Shown: positions 28,601 through 36,460 of the stretch, one piece after another
Numbering within the stretch: the stretch's first letter is position 1
How the letters are laid out: each line of letters starts with the position of its first letter
Assembly: GCF_042854845.1 (NCBI RefSeq)
Contig: NZ_AP031498.1
Location: 4,918,600 to 4,982,599, forward strand
DNA length: 64,000 nucleotides
From: Maricurvus nonylphenolicus
GTDB taxonomy: Bacteria > Pseudomonadota > Gammaproteobacteria > Pseudomonadales > Cellvibrionaceae
Direction of reading: 5' to 3'
The notes under the pieces: model-generated
What the model was told of the DNA's origin: nothing
Database searches by the model: none
The model's input: the letters and a program-made list of their open reading frames with translations, nothing else
Program-made: the position numbers and the translations under genes

Positions 28601-30920
28601 TTTGCTTGTGCGTTTCGAAGGACTCATAGACCTCTTCACGCTTATCCATAATATCGGCAAGGAACTGGTCGAAGTCACTAAACTGACTTTCCAGCTCTTC
28701 CAATTGAACTAACAGTCGGGATAGCTGCTCGTCACATCTCTCAGGGGTAGAAGACATCCCCAGCGCATTGGTAATACTCTGTGAGAAGAGTTTGAACTGG
28801 GCACCGAATTGCGCCACAGCTTCAGCAGAGCCCAGGTCTTTTTGTTTATGCTTGGCACCCGCCTTGCTCTGATTAAGTTGTGAGTAGACCAGTGAAATAG
28901 CATCAATAATACGTGTTCTTACGGTAGCATCCTGGACTTTTAGGGTCGCCATTAATTCCGATAGGATATCCAACCCAGAGGCAGTATCCTCGATTAATTC
29001 AATCAAAGGCTCCAAAACAGCTATGGTTTTGGCATCTTCTACCTGCTGATTAATGTCCTTAATTTTGACCTGATAGGGCTCTAACGCCTTCTCATCGGAG
29101 AGAAACGCTACTGTTTGCTCACTTAAGGTATCCTCCAAGCCTCGTAATTGCTGATCCATTTCATCAATCCGAGCTATATTGATATAACGATACTCTCGAA
29201 TCGTTACCAAGTGACCGCGTTGACGCCTTAACTTGCCCAAAGCATCAACAAACTCTTCTGTCGTATCCCAGCTGTCCGGACGAACAGACTGCACAAGATC
29301 AGTTTGTACCTGCTCAGCTTCCTGCATGGTTTTCGCAGATTGCTGACGAATACTCTCTACTTTTTCAAATTCATCAATAACCAGATCGGCAGTATTCGCG
29401 ACCTCCCTGATGATTTCCGGCAGGCCTTCAAGCTCTGGTGCTTCTGTACCCTTTTCTTCCAGCCAATAGTGATCGTCGAATAATTTCTTTGCAGATTTAA
29501 CCAACTCTTCATATAAACGTGACGAGACCGACTGATTATCGATCATTCGACAAACGCTGTAGAGATCCGAAACGCCGCGCACCAATTCGGCATTACCAAT
29601 ACGACCGAAGAAGGTCTGACTGGCTGGCTGCTGACTGGCATATTCAGCGGAGACGTAAGGCGTCTGCCATATCTGCATAGGATGAACCCGAGTAGGTTCT
29701 CCTTCCGCAGAGAAGATTACCAGCTGACCATTTTCGGCTAACGCATAGCCATGACCATAAATAGGGTTCTGCAGCTGTTTTTCAATCAGGTTATAGGCAA
29801 ACAGCCCAATGACACCCTGCTCTGGCTCGTAGAAAACATAGAGTACATCTTCACCATTAGGAGAGCGAATGGCACGCTTAAACTTTAAACCCTCGACCTC
29901 TTCATCAAATGATTTGAATTCTCCCGTCTGCAGGTAATAGCCGCCAGGGAAAATAATACCGTGGTCTTCGGGGAGCTGGACACAGGATTCACCAATCGCA
30001 TCGACACGTAATACGGACTCGGTGAGCTTATTGAAGATATAGTATCGCCACTCCTCTTCCCGATAAGGACGAACCTTTAGCAGAATCAAATCGCCAACAT
30101 CGGAGAATGCGATCTGGGCATCATCAAGAGACTGGGTTTTATCCTCGACAGACTCACTAAAGATACCCAAACCATCTTCGGTATTATTTTCAACTTTAAT
30201 GGTTAGATCGCCACCGATGGTATCGATAAAGACGGTATCAAGAATATTAATGTGGGGATGCCGACCATGGACACTGTCTTCACGGGTAACATCTGTCCAC
30301 TCGAAGTCATAGGCCGGCGGCAGCTGGATGTCCCGCTCACCACGGTTATCGATATAGTTAATCGTTTTACCGTCGGCAGAAATAGACCAGCGGAAGACTC
30401 TGATATCTTCCATGCGCTCACCGATTTGAAAGCCCGCCAATAGCTTGCCGTTTTTAACGGTTAACTCAATCAGCTTGGTGTGCTTGTAGTAACGGTACAG
30501 TTCTTCAAAGTCGTTAACAAAACTGGTTTGCGTGAGAAAACTCTCTGTTGGGCTAGCAGGCTGCATATCATAGCCGGACTCACCGGACTGCAGAGAAAAC
30601 AAGGCAAAGACGTCTTCAACCCTGGTTTCCTTTTTTAAGCCGATAAAGACGTTGTAGCCAAACAGCAAGTGATCACCCACTTGCACAATATCCCTGGCAA
30701 TACAGTTATTGTCTGTACGTACCCGAACACGACCAACAACATTCATATCGGAGCTGCCAAACTCCTCTAGCCTTGCGCTGTTTAGCTCAGCTGCTTTGCC
30801 GCTCAGTTGTCGCCCCTGCTCAATCAGGCGCTTGCGAATAATTTCGTAAGCACCACCTTCCGCAACAGCGTTATCAACAATGCTCTCATCAACAGGTTTG
30901 GCGTTTTCTTGCTGCACCAT
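25611..30920 (-). CDS. giant (1769 aa) cytoplasmic protein: N-terminal ~450-aa beta-rich domain, long helical/coiled-coil middle, C-proximal AAA_5 (MoxR/dynein/McrB-type) ATPase module
   Basis: Walker A ISPPGYGKTTL near residue 1230, Walker B VMLYLDDIQ, and sensor region GNPYTESGEAFKIPDMLANRADIYNL. No signal peptide or TM segment. Tightly linked (92 bp) downstream of the flotillin gene. Confidence 0.8.
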   Translation of the reverse strand: MVQQENAKPVDESIVDNAVAEGGAYEIIRKRLIEQGRQLSGKAAELNSARLEEFGSSDMNVVGRVRVRTDNNCIARDIVQVGDHLLFGYNVFIGLKKETRVEDVFALFSLQSGESGYDMQPASPTESFLTQTSFVNDFEELYRYYKHTKLIELTVKNGKLLAGFQIGERMEDIRVFRWSISADGKTINYIDNRGERDIQLPPAYDFEWTDVTREDSVHGRHPHINILDTVFIDTIGGDLTIKVENNTEDGLGIFSESVEDKTQSLDDAQIAFSDVGDLILLKVRPYREEEWRYYIFNKLTESVLRVDAIGESCVQLPEDHGIIFPGGYYLQTGEFKSFDEEVEGLKFKRAIRSPNGEDVLYVFYEPEQGVIGLFAYNLIEKQLQNPIYGHGYALAENGQLVIFSAEGEPTRVHPMQIWQTPYVSAEYASQQPASQTFFGRIGNAELVRGVSDLYSVCRMIDNQSVSSRLYEELVKSAKKLFDDHYWLEEKGTEAPELEGLPEIIREVANTADLVIDEFEKVESIRQQSAKTMQEAEQVQTDLVQSVRPDSWDTTEEFVDALGKLRRQRGHLVTIREYRYINIARIDEMDQQLRGLEDTLSEQTVAFLSDEKALEPYQVKIKDINQQVEDAKTIAVLEPLIELIEDTASGLDILSELMATLKVQDATVRTRIIDAISLVYSQLNQSKAGAKHKQKDLGSAEAVAQFGAQFKLFSQSITNALGMSSTPERCDEQLSRLLVQLEELESQFSDFDQFLADIMDKREEVYESFETHKQKLLDERQRKAQNVADAAGRILGSIEKRSLKFTEADELNTYFASDALAMKIRELVEQLRELDSAVKADDIESRYKAIKEQALRSLRDKSDIYEDGGNIIKLGPRHKFSVNTQELDLTIIPRDGALNVHLTGTNYFEPITHPDLLALRQYWDITLESETPKVYRSEYLASLILDAAQHQRQELSMDMLRDALRDDKRINQLVREFAAPRYKEGYEKGIHDADAVALLRELVPAFDRADLLQYDPLSRGLAQIYWANIKNIAQATAKLASDNGERAKISYETWPERAQSALQMQSLFASNDAVELLAGEIRLAMQHFVELHPLPVKPLDIRRAADYLVAELGRERVEFIGSKYATQLVEELKRSVDDSTWRRYLMSLEKMLGWPAERWNLTTAWLQALVDEKSLTHLSRYIPEATALINADARLERRFTEVDLELSVDGLLGDHETINDRTLNFALDEFLQRLEYHRYEVVPAYHKYLQVRQDIITSEKESLRLNEFKARPLSSFVRNRLINESYLPLIGDNLAKQMGTVGENKRTDLMGLLMMISPPGYGKTTLMEYVANRLGLIFMKINCPSLGHEVVSLDPQQAPNATARQELEKLNLALEMGNNVMLYLDDIQHTDPEFLQKFISLCDGTRRIEGVWKEKTKTYDMRGRKFCVVMAGNPYTESGEAFKIPDMLANRADIYNLGDILGGMDEQFALSYIENALTSNQVLAPLAVREMGDVYKLIDMAGGASVATTDLSHQYSGAEINEITEIFKKMMVIRDVVLKINQQYIASAAQDDKYRTEPSFKLQGSYRNMNKMTEKISAVMNQDELMQMIADHYLGEAQLLTTGAEDNLLKLAELRGNMDAEQEQRWQQIKKDFMRNKAMGGDDADTGGKVVAQLADLVDGIQVLGSAATQKLQAENDEKPAESEAEALPQLLEKLISAVESAKPDVKVVNQPVPGMDKMLSVLAETIEHSIFPLVRSMDKKLEIDLKTHDKMKNISNQLRELEASIAKPS

Positions 30921-31012
30921 TTTTGTCTTCCCTTAACTACACAATCCCATGAAAGATCTTATGGCTGGCGCCAGGCGCCAGCTCGAACTAAACCAGAACA
31001 CTCAATGCTGCA

Positions 31013-32989
31013 CTAGTCTACTTCAGCAGTTTCTTCCTTCATGGAACTGAGGATTGAAGGGTCCAACAATGGCTTACCGTGTACAACGCGATCGATAAGG
31101 GTTTGAATGGTACCGCTCTTATCGGCCAGCCCATCTACGGCCTTACCAATAGACAGCGACTTGGCGAAATTATTAAAGAAGTGATCTTCGCCACCCACGA
31201 TATCGATCTTGGCTTTCTGCAGAGCAGTAGCCAGCACTTCAGCATTTTCTTTGGCGATATCCTTACCGGCGTCAATGGAGGCCAGCGCTTCTTTAAGCGC
31301 AGTCTCAAGGCCCATGCGGTATTCTTCGTGAGAGCGAGCTTGATCGCTCATGCTATTCATGGCATCAAACTTCTCAACCAAACCATCGGCTTCAGCTTTA
31401 AATTGCTCTCGAGTCACTTCGGCATTGGCCAAACCAAGCTCACGTTCAGCCTTCGCATCAGCATCACCTTGAGATTCAGTCACCTCCGCCTGTGCTTTAC
31501 CAACACCCAGTAATGCCTCAGCTTCTGCATTACCTTTAGCCTTAATGACATGGGCTTCTGCCACTCCTTCTTTTTCCAAGGCATCTGCTTTAGCTTCCTG
31601 TACTTTGGCATCCGCCAAACCAGGGGCAGCACGCTCAGCCTGAACACCTTCAGCCAATTTCTTCTTGGCATCGGCCTCTTTTGCCGCGGCCTCCAGTTCA
31701 GCCTGCGCCAGGGTAGTCACCTCAACAGCCTTATGCTTGGCGGATAGCTCTTCAGCTTCAGCCGCTTTCACCTGCTTAACCTTATCTTCTTCCGCAACCG
31801 CTTCAGCTGCCAATACCTGAGTTTGCTTGGCGCGATCAGCTTCAGAGACTTCACGCACCTCTTTGATACGCTCCTCTTCAATCGCAACCGTTTTATCAAC
31901 TGCTACACGCTCACGAATCACATTGGCAATTTCTTTCTTCTCAACCTCAACCGCCTTTTCTGCTTCAATCTTCTGCAGCTCAACCTCACGTTCACGGGAA
32001 ACAACTTCCAGATCGCGTGCGCGCGTTACTTTTTCTACCTCAATCACTACAGCACGCTGACGATTTTGCTCAGCAACCTCAATTTCGCGTTTCTGATTTT
32101 CAGTTTGAACAGCCAGATTCTGATCAGCCTCAATCGTAGCTGCCTCAGCCTTTTGACGCTCTTCTTCCTGAACCTTTTTGGTCTCAGCTTCTTCACGGGC
32201 TCGAATGGTAGCAACCTCACGCTCCTGCTTGGCCTCGGCGTCAGCCTGCTGACGCTCCAATTCCAACATAGCCTCAACGGTTTCTACATTTTTCTTCTTA
32301 ATTGCCAGCTCTTCGTCACGCTCCAAAATATTGGTACGAACATTTTGCTCTGCGGTCAGCTCAGTAATCTTTTTGATACCTTCGGCATCAAGAATATTAC
32401 TAGGATCCAGGGATGCTTTCGGCGTTTGCTCCAGATAATCAATGGCAACATCTTCCAACACATAACCATTTAAATCGTCGCCAATCACTTCTATGATCTT
32501 ATCACGAAATTGTTGACGATTTTCAAACAGCTGAACAAAGTCGATTTGCTTACCGACCGTTTTGAGTGCTTCAGAGAATTTAGCGTTGAACAACTCATTA
32601 ACTGCATCGCGATCAGAAGCGCGACTTGCACCGATGGACTTAGCCACTTTGAGAACATCCTCTGGAGTCTCATTAACACGCAAGTAAAATGCGACTGTAA
32701 TATCTGCACGCATATTATCAGCACAGATCAACCCATCTTTACCACGCCTATCAACTTCCATGGTAATCAAAGAGATACGCATCAATTCTTTCTTGTGAAT
32801 CACAGGTATGATCCAGGCCCCGGTAAAAAACACTTTAGGCCGACTACTTAGATCATTTTTGATTAAAGCTATACCCTGCTCCACCTTGACATAGAAGGAT
32901 TTAAAAAGAGCAGCCAATACCACCATAAACAAAAAGAAGCCACCAACAAATGTGACAACCCCACCCAATGTCGCTATTTCCTGAGACAT
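31013..32989 (-). CDS. flotillin-family SPFH/band-7 membrane protein (YqiK-like) with a long EA-rich coiled coil
   Basis: N-terminal TM helix, an SPFH domain, then about 300 aa of E/A/K/Q-rich heptad repeats. Confidence 0.8.
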   Translation of the reverse strand: MSQEIATLGGVVTFVGGFFLFMVVLAALFKSFYVKVEQGIALIKNDLSSRPKVFFTGAWIIPVIHKKELMRISLITMEVDRRGKDGLICADNMRADITVAFYLRVNETPEDVLKVAKSIGASRASDRDAVNELFNAKFSEALKTVGKQIDFVQLFENRQQFRDKIIEVIGDDLNGYVLEDVAIDYLEQTPKASLDPSNILDAEGIKKITELTAEQNVRTNILERDEELAIKKKNVETVEAMLELERQQADAEAKQEREVATIRAREEAETKKVQEEERQKAEAATIEADQNLAVQTENQKREIEVAEQNRQRAVVIEVEKVTRARDLEVVSREREVELQKIEAEKAVEVEKKEIANVIRERVAVDKTVAIEEERIKEVREVSEADRAKQTQVLAAEAVAEEDKVKQVKAAEAEELSAKHKAVEVTTLAQAELEAAAKEADAKKKLAEGVQAERAAPGLADAKVQEAKADALEKEGVAEAHVIKAKGNAEAEALLGVGKAQAEVTESQGDADAKAERELGLANAEVTREQFKAEADGLVEKFDAMNSMSDQARSHEEYRMGLETALKEALASIDAGKDIAKENAEVLATALQKAKIDIVGGEDHFFNNFAKSLSIGKAVDGLADKSGTIQTLIDRVVHGKPLLDPSILSSMKEETAEVD

Positions 32990-33106
32990 ATCATCTCTCC
33001 TTGAACTACCGTTTTAACACTGACCCAACCAATTTTTGACTAAGCCTTAAGAATCTACACTGCCCTGACATCAATATGTGTAAGAACAGCCCTTTAATCG
33101 AGAAAT

Positions 33107-33784
33107 CTAAGCATTAAACTCCTGCTCCGAAATAACTCGATAAACATGCTCTGCTTCAACATACTCAAGCAGAACCACTCTATCACCACGTTTGAATTCT
33201 TCGTCATTGTACGAGCGCACCTTGACGATCAAGCCAGCACCACCGTCCTCAACACTCGCCTCACCAAATGTCTTGCTCACCGTTGTAGTTCTAACCACTC
33301 CAACACGACCAATTACTTTTTTTTCCACTTCCTGATCCATTGCTTGAAACACCGGCCGAAGTGGCTTAAGGATCAGACCAGTCAAAAAAGCCGACACAAA
33401 TAGAGAGATAAAAAAGATCGGAACACCAAACAAATATTTCGTGAACGCAACGGGATCATAGCCTATAAAAAAGTAAACACCGTAATAGCTGAGAAACCAT
33501 CCAAATAGTGATATCAAAACCACTATAATCGGCAAAGGTACGCCGTTTAACCCTAAACGCAATAACAACCCGCCCAACACACTGGCAGCCGATAACCCAT
33601 CAGCAGGGCTGTATTCAGCCTCCGGCACATCAATGTCAATCACACTGAGATCCAGCAAGCCTAATACAGCAAAGAGCCCATAAAAAACGCTCAACAACAA
33701 GAAAAAAGTAAAAAACACCGTAGGAAAGGAAGTGATATTTTGATAGAAAGGATCCATCTGATCACTCAACAAAATTGCAAACAT
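33107..33784 (-). CDS. NfeD-like membrane protein (YqiJ-like) with a C-terminal OB-fold
   Basis: Several TM helices followed by a C-terminal block GRVGVVRTTTVSKTFGEASVEDGGAGLIVKVRSYNDEEFKRGDRVVLLEYV consistent with the NfeD C-terminal OB domain (the 117-bp gap to the flotillin gene is read from coordinates). Confidence 0.6.
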   Translation of the reverse strand: MFAILLSDQMDPFYQNITSFPTVFFTFFLLLSVFYGLFAVLGLLDLSVIDIDVPEAEYSPADGLSAASVLGGLLLRLGLNGVPLPIIVVLISLFGWFLSYYGVYFFIGYDPVAFTKYLFGVPIFFISLFVSAFLTGLILKPLRPVFQAMDQEVEKKVIGRVGVVRTTTVSKTFGEASVEDGGAGLIVKVRSYNDEEFKRGDRVVLLEYVEAEHVYRVISEQEFNA

Positions 33785-33849
33785 GCCCTACTCCTTAGTG
33801 CTTTACTTTCTTCTTATATAGATGCCCGCATTAGACGGACGACTTACTT

Positions 33850-34539
33850 CTAGCTTTTCTTACTTTTAATACGCTCTAAGATATCATCAGCGCTTTTTCC
33901 CGCCGGAGCTATACCAGCCTCCCGCAACTTAGCCTGCAGCGAAGAACCCGTAGTCTCCCCAGCTAATTCTTCAGCAGCTTTCATCTGCGCGGATTTCAGA
34001 GCCTGTTTCTCTTTAATTCGTTCAAGAGAATCCATTGCCGTGCGCATTTTTGACTGCGAACCACTGTGTCGCTCAGCAACAGCAGCCTGAGCACGCTGTA
34101 CATTCTCAGTAGCCTTCACCGTATCCACCTGCTGCTTTAAGCGTTTCAGGTTTTGCTCGGTTTGCTTGATAGCTGTTCGTAAATTACTCGCACTGGTAGC
34201 ATATCCCTGCTCAGCTTCCGACTCCTGTGTTAGCTGATTTTCCAAATCAGCAATCTTTTCAGCCACCTCGTGAGCCAGCGATTCATCACCTTTTTCCAGT
34301 GCTTTGAGCGCATAACCCTCATGCTCTTCAACTTGCTTGTGAATATCAGCACACTTCTTTTCTGCCAGTTTCTGTCTGGCCATAATATCAGCCAGACTGT
34401 CTTTCGAGTGCTTTAAATCTTCGGCTGCTTCGCGCACCTCCTGATCGAGAATACGCAACGCCTGAGTATCAACAATGGCTTCGCCAGCTTCATTAACACC
34501 ACCGCGCAAGGCCGTCATCATTTTGGACCAAATATTCAT
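33850..34539 (-). CDS. PspA/IM30-family protein (ESCRT-III-like; YjfJ-like paralog)
   Basis: The N-terminus MNIWSKMMTALRGGVNEAGEAIVDTQALRILDQEVREAAEDL aligns with E. coli PspA [40 protein letters not shown]. All-helical coiled coil, 229 aa. Confidence 0.8.
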   Translation of the reverse strand: MNIWSKMMTALRGGVNEAGEAIVDTQALRILDQEVREAAEDLKHSKDSLADIMARQKLAEKKCADIHKQVEEHEGYALKALEKGDESLAHEVAEKIADLENQLTQESEAEQGYATSASNLRTAIKQTEQNLKRLKQQVDTVKATENVQRAQAAVAERHSGSQSKMRTAMDSLERIKEKQALKSAQMKAAEELAGETTGSSLQAKLREAGIAPAGKSADDILERIKSKKS

Positions 34540-34551
34540 AACAATTTCCCT

Positions 34552-35181
34552 CTAGCTAGCCGCAACCTGGAATGTAAGAAAATCAGCATAGGCTTCCGTC
34601 GCCTGAATCACATTGCTGGCCAACACTTCGATTTCAAAAACCACATTCTCAAGAATGGAAGACGAACTCAACGCACCGAACATATGGTAGTAATCGGCAT
34701 CGGGGCCCACGTGATCCAAACTAATGGTGGAGAGCGGGAAGTATTTATGAGTACGCAATACCGCATCGTTAAAGGCCGCCACATCACTCACTTCATTAAC
34801 GGACCACAAAACCGCCTCAACAATAATTTGCTCACCGGACACAGTCAGAAACACCGGCAAATCGCCGTACTCATTCATTACCAGGTGTAACGCGGGCTCA
34901 ACCCCGTCAATTAATTCAACACTCGCCTTACCAGAACTAAATAACTCAACATCCTTGAGCGCCTCATACAAACCCGTGGTTGTCCACGCTTGATTACCTA
35001 CTGTCATAGCACTTACTCCTTTTAACCAATCTTCATCCACCTCCTGCCGCAACTGCTTTTCCATCACGGACAGCTGCTTGGCATTCTCTGGGCGGATCCA
35101 TACCTCTTTTTTCACCAGCCCCTGCTCACGCAGGCGCTTGCGGTATTCACGTTGATAATGTGCAGATGATTTTGCTTTCAT
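34552..35181 (-). CDS. YjfI-like (DUF2170?) protein, first gene of the cluster. It has a basic N-terminal extension and is translationally coupled to the PspA-like gene
   Basis: 12-bp gap to the pspA-like gene. The conserved yjfI-yjfJ pairing in enterobacteria suggests a DUF2170 assignment, which is not verified here. Confidence 0.4.
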   Translation of the reverse strand: MKAKSSAHYQREYRKRLREQGLVKKEVWIRPENAKQLSVMEKQLRQEVDEDWLKGVSAMTVGNQAWTTTGLYEALKDVELFSSGKASVELIDGVEPALHLVMNEYGDLPVFLTVSGEQIIVEAVLWSVNEVSDVAAFNDAVLRTHKYFPLSTISLDHVGPDADYYHMFGALSSSSILENVVFEIEVLASNVIQATEAYADFLTFQVAAS

Positions 35182-35197
35182 GAATTTAGACTAAACC

Positions 35198-35233
35198 ATT
35201 ACATGTAATACGGTCAAGAAATATTACATGTAA
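35198..35233. promoter_or_regulatory. two copies of the palindrome (A)TTACATGTAA(T), centres about 25 bp apart, immediately upstream of the cluster's first gene
   Basis: ATTACATGTAAT at 35198-35209 is a perfect 12-mer. TTACATGTAA sits at 35224-35233. Both lie in a 337-bp AT-rich intergenic region. Confidence 0.35.
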
Positions 35234-35518
35234 CAATTATTTATGCGTAACATATTGATAAATAAGGATTTTTTGGAAAACAAACACACACAAAAAGCTA
35301 TAAGCGCATCATTTTCCGAAGAAAAGAAGGTCTAGCGAGAGAAATACGAGTAAGCCGTCAGCCTCCGTAAGGCGACAGAACAAAGCAGAAGGGTAGAGTA
35401 GAAATATGACATATCATCCATGACCAAGAGAGGTAAAGTTCCAGTAGCGCTAGTTGAACATACAGGGCGCCCCACAAGCAAGCCACCCCCAACAAAAAAC
35501 AATAGTGCTGCTGATTGA

Positions 35519-36379
35519 TTAATAAGGCAACAAAGGATGCTGAAGCGCGTCTGACACCTCCAGCACCAACGACTCATCCTCAGGATACAGCGTATTTATC
35601 ACCAACCGCGGCTCAGAGATATAACCCGTTGGCCCCATCTCCCCCACGTTCTGATTGACACTGAAAAAGGACTGCTCCTTGCCATCAATCACTACCGGAA
35701 TACGGAAGCTGGCCATAGGTTCGAGTTTGGCAGCGCGCTTCTGCCAGTCTTTGGGGATTTGCGGCAAAGCGGACAGACGATCAACAAGTGTCTGTACGCG
35801 TTTATCCTGATTGAGAATGGCTTCTTGCTGCAATGACATCAGCATTAATACCAGTGCATTTTCTTTAACTGGCATCAGCTCTTGTTTAGAAGGGTTGAGG
35901 AAAATTAAATCGTAATGATTAATGACACTGTCGAGCTCAATATCCGGGCAGGCGTTTTGAAAGAACTGCACCCAACCTTTGTTGACCATTAATAACTTGC
36001 CATAACTATCCATTAAAGTAGCCGGATAGGGATCCTGCGCTTTTAACGACAGCATCATGGCTTTGCGCAGCCATTTATATTCAGGCGCATAAAAGTCGAC
36101 AGGTTTGGCGACGGGTTTATAACCGGCTGACAATAACAGGTGGCAGCGGTCTCGCTCACCCAACTCGAGCACCTCCGCAATAGATTCTACCATCGCCTTA
36201 CTGGGGCTGGCCCGACCATTTTCCAAAAAGCTGATATGTCGGGTGGAGGCATCCAGGCTTAATGCCAGGGACTCCTGGCTTAGCCCATGCACTCCACGCC
36301 AGAACTTTAATAACTGGCCAAAGACCACATCCGGTTTATCAGAGCCGTTTTGTCCTGTTTTTACATCTGTCATAAGCAT
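35519..36379 (-). CDS. XRE-family HTH regulator with a C-terminal MmyB-like ligand-binding domain
   Basis: N-terminal HTH_3 (FGQLLKFWRGVHGLSQESLALSLDASTRHISFLENGR), a ~200-aa C-terminal domain, and divergence from an acyl-CoA dehydrogenase gene are all typical of MmyB-like regulators. Confidence 0.6.
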   Translation of the reverse strand: MLMTDVKTGQNGSDKPDVVFGQLLKFWRGVHGLSQESLALSLDASTRHISFLENGRASPSKAMVESIAEVLELGERDRCHLLLSAGYKPVAKPVDFYAPEYKWLRKAMMLSLKAQDPYPATLMDSYGKLLMVNKGWVQFFQNACPDIELDSVINHYDLIFLNPSKQELMPVKENALVLMLMSLQQEAILNQDKRVQTLVDRLSALPQIPKDWQKRAAKLEPMASFRIPVVIDGKEQSFFSVNQNVGEMGPTGYISEPRLVINTLYPEDESLVLEVSDALQHPLLPY

Positions 36380-36460
36380 CCGTTATAGCCACTCATCACC
36401 CATGTTAATAGCGAACTTTACGCTGGAGGTAATGGCGATATCGCACCCGGCTAGCCACAA

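Noticed and set aside
25611-30920. Giant protein as a secreted RTX/adhesin-type repeat protein
   Set aside because: No signal peptide, no tandem repeats or Ca-binding nonapeptides. It has a clear cytoplasmic P-loop ATPase core and long coiled coils.
31079-32851. Cluster of plus-strand and alternate-frame ORFs (31079-31513, 31823-32473, 31827-32060, 32047-32277, 32510-32851) inside the flotillin gene
   Set aside because: Produced by the low-complexity GAA/GCA-rich coiled-coil coding region. The translations are low-complexity (F/L/N-rich or R/S-rich) and implausible as proteins.
35332-35577. 81-aa ORF in the 337-bp intergenic region upstream of the cluster
   Set aside because: Cys/Leu-rich low-complexity translation overlapping the palindrome-bearing regulatory region. 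Likely non-coding.
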